Program-made: the position numbers and the translations under genes
Assembly (NCBI GenBank): GCA_044070495.1
Contig: JBIPSI010000014.1
Span: 1-64,000, forward strand
Length of the DNA: 64,000 nucleotides
Source: Spirulina sp.
Lineage (GTDB): Bacteria; Cyanobacteriota; Cyanobacteriia; Phormidesmidales; Phormidesmidaceae
Direction: 5' to 3'
Shown here: one piece after another, positions 57,560 to 64,000 of the stretch
How the letters are laid out: every line of letters begins with the position of its first letter
Position numbering within the stretch: position 1 is the first letter of the stretch
Notes under the pieces: model-generated
Databases searched by the model: none
Told to the model about the DNA's origin: nothing
What the model saw: only the letters and a program-made list of their open reading frames with translations

Positions 57560-59779
57560 CTACCCCTGGGAATCCGGGGAGTCTGCCCTGGTCTGAAGGC
57601 TCTGAAGCAGGTGAGTAATGGTCTCGGACACCGGAGGATCCATCGACCCATCCACAATCCTCAGCCCCGACGGCACCGACCCAGTCATCGCAGATAGGCT
57701 CACCCAAGGGATCTGGATCAACTCTGGGCATTGGGCCACCCAGTCCCAGTCTGTCTCGGTAAAGCCTAAGCCATCCACCAGCACAATGGCCTGGGGTTGC
57801 CACACCCGACACAACAGCCGCGCCTGGGCCAAGTCATTGGCCTGCACCAGCCGACACCGCTGGCTTTGGAGGGTGGTTCGCCACACCTCCGGTAGCGCCA
57901 CCTGGGCCTTGGTGAGGGCAGATTGCCCTGGGTAGGTCAGCACCAACAGGGTAAGCGGGGTCGCAGGGGCTTTTGGGGTGGAATTTTGGGGGGTGGAATC
58001 TTGGGGAGTCACGCGTCCCTGATTGGCCGGATCTGGGCCTGGGGGATAATCGATGGCCGATGGCGAGGCTGTCAACGACTGGTTTGCCGATGGCTGGGCT
58101 GTCAATGACTGGGCTGTCGATGACTGGGCTGTCGATGACTGGTTTGCCGATGACTGGTTTGTCGATGACTGGTTTGCCGATGACTGGGCTGTCGATAGCG
58201 GGGCGAGGGCTTGGGCGAGGGACTTGGGGTTATCTAGCACCAGAAGCACCGCCTGGGGGGCCACCTGGGCCAAAACTGCGCCCGGATTCGCAGGGATCTC
58301 CCCCAGGGACGCACCATGCAGCAGCACGAGGGCCGGAGTCAATCGCTGGGCCATGTCCACCGCCTCCTGCCAATGGGTGGCCAGTAGCAAGCGGGTTTCC
58401 CCGGCGACCATTTGTGCCTGGGTATGCACCAACCATTCGCCATCCGCGCTCACCAGCAGCACAAGCCTTTCTGGGCCAATTCCTCCTGGGTCAATTCCCG
58501 CTGGGCCGTCCTGGGCTAGATCACCCGCCGCCGCCGATGTTTGATCCACAGGATCTGACGGATCTTCTTCCATCAGCCCTGGCTCGTCCCCAGCCTCCCT
58601 TCCTCCCCGCCAGGGCAGCAGAATCGTAATCTGGTAGCCATCCAGGGGAGAACAAAAGCCCACCAAGTCGCCCCCCTGCTGCTGACATAGCCGTCGGGCT
58701 AGGGCCAACCCCAGGGTTTCCAGGCCGTCCACCTCGGCCCCTAGGGTCACCGTCCAGGGGGGAGACCCAGGGCTAGGGGAGAGGCGGTCATCGGTCTCTG
58801 GGGTGGCCCGCAGCGTCAGCCCAACCCAGGATCCCCAGGACTCTAGGGTCAGGGTTTGGGGAATGGCCCCTCGATGCAGGAGATAGCCCAAAACGCTGTA
58901 GATGCTCTGCTGAAGCCGCAGTCGATCCACCCGCAGCAATGGCACTTGGGGGGGCAACTGGCAGCGAAAGGTGTCCATCCAAGGCGGTGGGGCGGCGGCA
59001 TCGGGCAGCCAACTGGTGAGAAATGTGGGCAGTAGGGTTTCCGTCAGAGCGTTGAGATCCACCGGAACCCTGTCTAAATCCATCTGTCCCGCCTCTAAGC
59101 GCATCCAGTCCACCAGTTGATTCACTAGGCGGATCAGCTTGCGAATGGCTCGCCGCATCAGCCCCGCATAGCGAGACTGGCGGTCGTTCAGGTGGCCAAC
59201 CCGATGATCCAACAGTAGGGTAGATAGCCCTAACAGGGAGGTCAGCGGCGTTTTGAGGGCGTGGCTAATGGTCATCACCCACTGCTGTTCCTGCACCGAC
59301 GTGGCGGACAAGGGGGCAACCGCCGGACTCAAGGATCCCTGGGCCAGCAGATCCGCCCCATTCAGTACCCCCAAGTACCGCCCTTCGACATCCACCACTA
59401 CCCAGCAGGGGGCCGACGAATGGGTGATCAGACGAATGAGATCGGCGGGCGTCGTGTGGGCCACTAGGGGCACCACGGGTTCAAGCCAGGCTAGGCAATC
59501 TTGGAGGTAAACCGCTGGGGGATCGCCCCCTTGTCCTTGCTGGCGCGACCACAACAGCCCCAACGCCAAACAGCCTTGGGGGCGATGTTGATCGTCGATT
59601 ACAACAATGTGGCTGGGCCAGGGCAAGGGGGCCGACCCTAGACAAAACTGGCTCAGATCGGCCACCACGGTTTGAATGGCCACCGTTGGCAGGTAGCTGG
59701 GTATGGGGATCATCCAGGGGACTAATCCTGCCGTTGAGGCGGTGGCAGATGGGGGCCAAACATGGGGCAAAAACGACAT
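57560..59779 (-). CDS. Degenerate hybrid histidine-kinase-like protein divergent from kaiA
   Basis: CBS-like N-terminus, ISHALKTPLTSLLGLS HisKA, eroded HATPase boxes, receiver-like segments, pentapeptide repeat tract. Confidence 0.75.
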   Translation of the reverse strand: MSFLPHVWPPSATASTAGLVPWMIPIPSYLPTVAIQTVVADLSQFCLGSAPLPWPSHIVVIDDQHRPQGCLALGLLWSRQQGQGGDPPAVYLQDCLAWLEPVVPLVAHTTPADLIRLITHSSAPCWVVVDVEGRYLGVLNGADLLAQGSLSPAVAPLSATSVQEQQWVMTISHALKTPLTSLLGLSTLLLDHRVGHLNDRQSRYAGLMRRAIRKLIRLVNQLVDWMRLEAGQMDLDRVPVDLNALTETLLPTFLTSWLPDAAAPPPWMDTFRCQLPPQVPLLRVDRLRLQQSIYSVLGYLLHRGAIPQTLTLESWGSWVGLTLRATPETDDRLSPSPGSPPWTVTLGAEVDGLETLGLALARRLCQQQGGDLVGFCSPLDGYQITILLPWRGGREAGDEPGLMEEDPSDPVDQTSAAAGDLAQDGPAGIDPGGIGPERLVLLVSADGEWLVHTQAQMVAGETRLLLATHWQEAVDMAQRLTPALVLLHGASLGEIPANPGAVLAQVAPQAVLLVLDNPKSLAQALAPLSTAQSSANQSSTNQSSANQSSTAQSSTAQSLTAQPSANQSLTASPSAIDYPPGPDPANQGRVTPQDSTPQNSTPKAPATPLTLLVLTYPGQSALTKAQVALPEVWRTTLQSQRCRLVQANDLAQARLLCRVWQPQAIVLVDGLGFTETDWDWVAQCPELIQIPWVSLSAMTGSVPSGLRIVDGSMDPPVSETITHLLQSLQTRADSPDSQG
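58057..58197 (-). repeat. In-frame 15-bp tandem repeat (about 9-10 units, S[ST][AT][AN]Q)
   Basis: GATGACTGG[GT][CT]TG[TC]C units; encodes STAQSSANQSSTNQ... Confidence 0.85.
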
Positions 59780-59993
59780 CCTCAGCGTTCCCTAGGGTTG
59801 ATGAAGCTAGAGGGGAGATCCGCGCTCCCTAACCTACCACCATCGGAGCAGCAAGTTAAAACTGGAGGGAGGCATTCTGGCGGCCAGCCCTTACAATTAA
59901 CAAATATAAACATTTGATACCTAACCGGGCTCTAGGATAACGTTCTGATAGCCAGCCGGAGATGGTTTAGCGTTTTTTAGCAGATTAGCTACT

Positions 59994-60890
59994 TTGGTTG
60001 CACCCCTACAGATATATGTTCTCGCTCGGTCGAGGGAATCGCTGGCCGAGGCTGGGCAACTCTTGCCCCCCGACCGATTTGTTGTATGCCTGGGCACCAC
60101 TGTAGAGGAGAGTCTGGTGCAATTGCGGGATCGGGGCAATCAAATTGATTGCCTGGTGACCGAAGATGCCCTGCTAGAGCATTGGTTGCCCTCCCTGGCG
60201 GAGGCCGGAGTGTTGCTGCCCGTGGTGGCGGTAACCCCAGCGGGGGCCACCCCTGGACACGGCGCGGCCCATCTGCCCTGGAAGGATATCTACCACGGAG
60301 CGGTAGTTACCCTGCCCAATAACAAACTCGACCAACTAGAGGAGGCCATTAACCGGGCGATCCAGCAGTTTTTGGCTCTGCCTGCCGAGTCCTGTGCCCT
60401 GCCCGTCATCCCAGAAGCCGCCGCCGAAATTGTCGAAGCTGCCGAGACTACCGAAGCCGCTGTCTCACCGCCCGAACTCCTGAGTGCCCAACAGGAGCGT
60501 CTGACCGATAAGCTTAAGGCCCGTTTAGGTTACCTAGGCGTTTATTACAAGCGCAACCCTGAATACTTCCTACGCAATATGAGTCAGGTTGACCGTGAGA
60601 CCCTTCTCAACCAGCTCAAAATCGACTACCGCAAGATTGTGCTGGGGTACTTCTCCAACGATGCCAAGCTCAACCAAAACATCGATGCCTTCGTTGACCA
60701 AGCCTTCATGGCCGACATTTCGGTATCGCTGATTGTGGAGATGCACATGGATCTGATGGACGAGTTCTCCAAGCAGCTTAAGCTGGAGGGGCGCAGTGAG
60801 GAGATTCTGCTGGACTACCGCCTCACCTTGATCGACGTGATTGCCCATCTCTGTGAGATGTACCGTCGCTCTATTCCTAGAGAACCCTGA
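59994..60890 (+). CDS. kaiA: Circadian clock protein KaiA
   Basis: RLGYLGVYYKRNP, LEGRSEEILLDYRLTLIDVIAHLCEMYRRSIPRE. Confidence 0.96.
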   Translation: MVAPLQIYVLARSRESLAEAGQLLPPDRFVVCLGTTVEESLVQLRDRGNQIDCLVTEDALLEHWLPSLAEAGVLLPVVAVTPAGATPGHGAAHLPWKDIYHGAVVTLPNNKLDQLEEAINRAIQQFLALPAESCALPVIPEAAAEIVEAAETTEAAVSPPELLSAQQERLTDKLKARLGYLGVYYKRNPEYFLRNMSQVDRETLLNQLKIDYRKIVLGYFSNDAKLNQNIDAFVDQAFMADISVSLIVEMHMDLMDEFSKQLKLEGRSEEILLDYRLTLIDVIAHLCEMYRRSIPREP

Positions 60891-61017
60891 GGAACCAGGC
60901 CCAGATCACCACCCAGCTTAGGTAAGTTTGGTGAGGTGGAGTTCAGTCCCCTCGATATAATCAATTCCGTCCCTAATCTGGGTTGTCCTAGTTCCCATCT
61001 TTGCAGAGCATAAGCCC

Positions 61018-61332
61018 ATGAGTGCCGTCAAAAAAACCTACATCCTTAAGCTCTACGTGGCGGGTAACACCCCCAACTCCATTCGAGCGCTTAAAACCCT
61101 CAACAACATCCTGGAAGAGGAATTCCAGGGGGTTTACGCGCTCAAGGTCATTGACGTACTGAAGAATCCCCAACTGGCCGAGGAAGACAAAATTCTGGCC
61201 ACCCCCACCCTCTCCAAAATTTTGCCGCCCCCGGTGCGGAAAATCATCGGCGACCTATCGGATCGAGAGCGGGTCTTAATTGGCCTCGATCTGCTCTATG
61301 ACGAACTCCGGGAGGACGATATGTATAGCTAG
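61018..61332 (+). CDS. kaiB: Circadian clock protein KaiB
   Basis: [15 protein letters not shown]...ILATPTL...IIGDLS. Confidence 0.98.
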   Translation: MSAVKKTYILKLYVAGNTPNSIRALKTLNNILEEEFQGVYALKVIDVLKNPQLAEEDKILATPTLSKILPPPVRKIIGDLSDRERVLIGLDLLYDELREDDMYS

Positions 61333-61415
61333 TCAGATCACGGTATGCTAAATGCTCGGTAACCACGTTTGTTTGCGTCCCTTTTGCTGCCCTATGACCG
61401 CCGTAAGCCATTCCC

Positions 61416-62981
61416 ATGACTGACACCGCTCAACCTGATTTGCCCTCCTCCACCCTGCCCTTGGGGGTGCGCAAAACCCGCACCATGATCGAAGGCTTTG
61501 ACGACATCAGCCATGGTGGTCTGCCGATGGGGCGGTCTACCCTGGTCAGCGGTACCTCTGGGACAGGGAAAACGCTGTTTGCGGTGCAGTTCATCTACAA
61601 CGGCATCACCTATTTTGACGAACCAGGGGTGTTTGTCACCTTCGAGGAATCGCCAGAAGACATCGTCCAAAACGCCTACAGCTTTGGCTGGGATTTACAA
61701 AGGCTGGTCAACGACGGCAAGCTGTTTATTTTGGATGCTTCCCCCGACCCAGAGGGGCAGGATGTGGTAGGCAACTTTGACCTCTCAGCCCTGATTGAGC
61801 GGATTCAGTACGCCATCCGCAAATACAAGGCCAAGCGCGTCTCCATCGACTCGGTCACGGCGGTGTTTCAGCAGTACGATGCGGCCTCCGTGGTGCGGCG
61901 GGAGATTTTCCGCTTAGTGGCCCGACTCAAACTGATGGGCGTCACCACGGTGATGACCACCGAGCGTCTAGATGAGTACGGCCCCGTGGCCCGCTTTGGC
62001 GTAGAAGAATTCGTGTCGGATAACGTGGTGATCGTCCGCAACGCCCTGGAAGGGGAACGCCGCCGCCGCACCATGGAAATCCTCAAGCTGCGCGGCACCA
62101 CCCACATGAAGGGCGAGTATCCCTTCACCATCACCAACGACGGTATTAATATTTTCCCCCTAGGAGCGATGCGATTGACCCAGCGATCCTCCAATGCGCG
62201 GGTATCCTCCGGTGTGCCCACCCTCGACGAAATGTGCGGCGGCGGCTTTTTCAAGGATTCCATCATTCTGGCCACCGGGGCCACGGGTACGGGCAAAACC
62301 CTCTTGGTCAGCAAGTTTTTAGTGGATGGCTGCAAGGCCGGGGAACGGGCGATCCTGTTTGCCTACGAAGAATCCCGCGCCCAGTTGTCCCGCAACGCCT
62401 ACTCCTGGGGCATCGATTTTGAAGCCATGGAGCAGCAGGGCTTGCTGAAAATCATCTGCGCCTACCCCGAATCCGCTGGCCTGGAAGATCACCTGCAAAT
62501 CATCAAAACCGAGATTTCCCAGTTCAAACCCGCCCGCATGGCCATTGACTCCCTCTCGGCCCTGGATCGCGGCGTCAGCAACAACTCCTTCCGGCAGTTT
62601 GTCATTGGCGTAACGGGCTTTGCCAAGCAAGAAGAAATCACCGGATTCTTCACCAACACCACCGAGCAGTTCATGGGGCTGCACTCCATCACCGAGTCCC
62701 ACATTTCCACCATCACCGACACGATTTTGATGCTGCAATACGTGGAGGTGCGCGGCGAAATGTCTCGCGCCATCAACGTCTTCAAAATGCGCGGTTCCTG
62801 GCACGACAAGGGGATTCGGGAATACACCATCAGCAGCCATGGCCCCGATATTAAAGATTCCTTCCGCAACCTGGAGCGGATCATCAGCGGTTCCCCCACC
62901 CGCATTGCCGTGGACGAAAAGAGCGAACTGTCCCGCATTGTCCAGGGCGTGCAGAGCGATCTGGGCAATCTGGGCGAATAG
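61416..62981 (+). CDS. kaiC: Circadian clock protein KaiC
   Basis: Two P-loops (GTSGTGKT, GATGTGKT), SHISTITD phosphosites, RIISGSPTRI A-loop. Confidence 0.98.
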   Translation: MTDTAQPDLPSSTLPLGVRKTRTMIEGFDDISHGGLPMGRSTLVSGTSGTGKTLFAVQFIYNGITYFDEPGVFVTFEESPEDIVQNAYSFGWDLQRLVNDGKLFILDASPDPEGQDVVGNFDLSALIERIQYAIRKYKAKRVSIDSVTAVFQQYDAASVVRREIFRLVARLKLMGVTTVMTTERLDEYGPVARFGVEEFVSDNVVIVRNALEGERRRRTMEILKLRGTTHMKGEYPFTITNDGINIFPLGAMRLTQRSSNARVSSGVPTLDEMCGGGFFKDSIILATGATGTGKTLLVSKFLVDGCKAGERAILFAYEESRAQLSRNAYSWGIDFEAMEQQGLLKIICAYPESAGLEDHLQIIKTEISQFKPARMAIDSLSALDRGVSNNSFRQFVIGVTGFAKQEEITGFFTNTTEQFMGLHSITESHISTITDTILMLQYVEVRGEMSRAINVFKMRGSWHDKGIREYTISSHGPDIKDSFRNLERIISGSPTRIAVDEKSELSRIVQGVQSDLGNLGE

Positions 62982-63045
62982 GTTAAAATGAGCGACCTAA
63001 CCAGGGTAGAGAATCGCGGCTCTGCCCTAGCGTAATCTGTTCTCA

Positions 63046-64000
63046 ATGCCTGTGACTGCATTTTCTCCTTCCCCCACTTCTTCGTCCAACCCTGGCACCC
63101 CGGCTCCGCTGCCACGGCAGCGGTGGCACATTCCTACCCCCAATGGGGCACTGGTGGAGGACTTGGCGGCGGCCACGGAGCTATCGCCGTTGATGGCCCA
63201 GGTGTTGGTGCAGCGGGGGATTTTGGTGCCAGAACAGGCGGCAGATTTTCTGAACCCAGAGCGGCTGCAACTGCCCTCGCCCCTGCTGGAATTTGAAGAC
63301 TTGGCCCCCAGCCTGGAATTACTGACTGAGGCGATTCAATCGGGGCAGCGCATCACCATCTGCGGCGACTACGATGCCGATGGCATGACCAGTACGGCCC
63401 TGCTGCTGCGGGCCTTACGCACCCTGGGGGCCAAGGTCAACTACACCATCCCCAGCCGCATGAACGAGGGCTATGGCATCAACCAGCGCATCGTGGAAGA
63501 CTGCCATGCCGAAGGGGTAAGCCTGATTTTGACGGTGGATAACGGTATTGCCGCCGTGGCCCCGATCCAGCGGGCGCGGGAACTGGGGCTGACGGTGATT
63601 GTCACTGACCACCACGACCTGCCGCCCACCTTGCCCCCCGCCCACGCGATTTTGAACCCCAAGCTGCTGCCCGAAACCTCTCCCTACCGGGGCGTAGCCG
63701 GGGTGGGCGTGGCCTATATTTTGGCGGTGTGCCTAGCCCAATCCCTCAACCAAGCCCAGGCACTCACAGGGTCGCTGCTGGAACTGTTCACCCTGGGCAC
63801 CATTGCCGACCTCGCCCCGCTAACCGGGGTCAACCGTCGCTGGGTGCGGCGGGGGCTGGGGTTACTGCCCCGATCCCAGATCTTCGGTATCCAAGCCCTC
63901 ATTCAAGTGGCGGGGCTGGCGGATCAAAGCAAGGCTCTCAAACCCGAACACATTGGCTTTCGCCTAGGGCCGCGCATTAATGCCGTGGGTCGCCTCAGCG
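63046..64000 (+). CDS. recJ: Single-stranded DNA exonuclease RecJ (partial, runs off window)
   Basis: Manual translation: LPRQRW, ICGDYDADGMTS, PSRMNEGYG, TVDNG, TDHH, GTIAD, GPRINAVGR. Confidence 0.93.
   Translation, partial: MPVTAFSPSPTSSSNPGTPAPLPRQRWHIPTPNGALVEDLAAATELSPLMAQVLVQRGILVPEQAADFLNPERLQLPSPLLEFEDLAPSLELLTEAIQSGQRITICGDYDADGMTSTALLLRALRTLGAKVNYTIPSRMNEGYGINQRIVEDCHAEGVSLILTVDNGIAAVAPIQRARELGLTVIVTDHHDLPPTLPPAHAILNPKLLPETSPYRGVAGVGVAYILAVCLAQSLNQAQALTGSLLELFTLGTIADLAPLTGVNRRWVRRGLGLLPRSQIFGIQALIQVAGLADQSKALKPEHIGFRLGPRINAVGRLS

Noticed and set aside
58057..58197. CRISPR array
   Set aside because: Contiguous 15-bp in-frame units with no unique spacers and no cas genes; no CRISPR array was seen anywhere in the window.
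93..63980. Numerous antisense and alternate-frame ORFs in the six-frame track
   Set aside because: Shadows of real genes in GC-rich DNA with no family motifs.

Overview
GC-rich cyanobacterial chromosome window (kaiABC, nblB, pmgA, pheT, metH, nifV-nifT), probably a filamentous Leptolyngbya/Nodosilinea-like organism (inference). Most of it is housekeeping genes. Two accessory blocks stand out. (1) 1-9.2 kb: an IS1 end inserted into a doc/Fic toxin gene, a RelE-type TA pair, and a co-oriented contractile-injection (eCIS-type) module: VgrG, DUF4280 PAAR-like tip, an output-less Cache-HAMP membrane sensor, an Afp15-like AAA+ ATPase, and a DUF4157 protein with a probable HNH/EndoVII-like toxin tip. 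No sheath, tube or baseplate gene is adjacent. (2) 40-54 kb: a detached nifV-nifT operon lacking nifZ with TGAGTA motifs upstream, a four-gene chaperone-usher pilus operon, and a PAS-PAS-GAF/NarL two-component pair. Three genes flanking that pair (hemerythrin, a small membrane protein, a DXCF cyanobacteriochrome kinase) share one promoter architecture: TCAGG-N27-SCTGAT-N22-TANNNT. Many MITE/REP/short tandem repeats are present, several in frame inside genes. All calls come from reading motifs by eye; no database searches were run.
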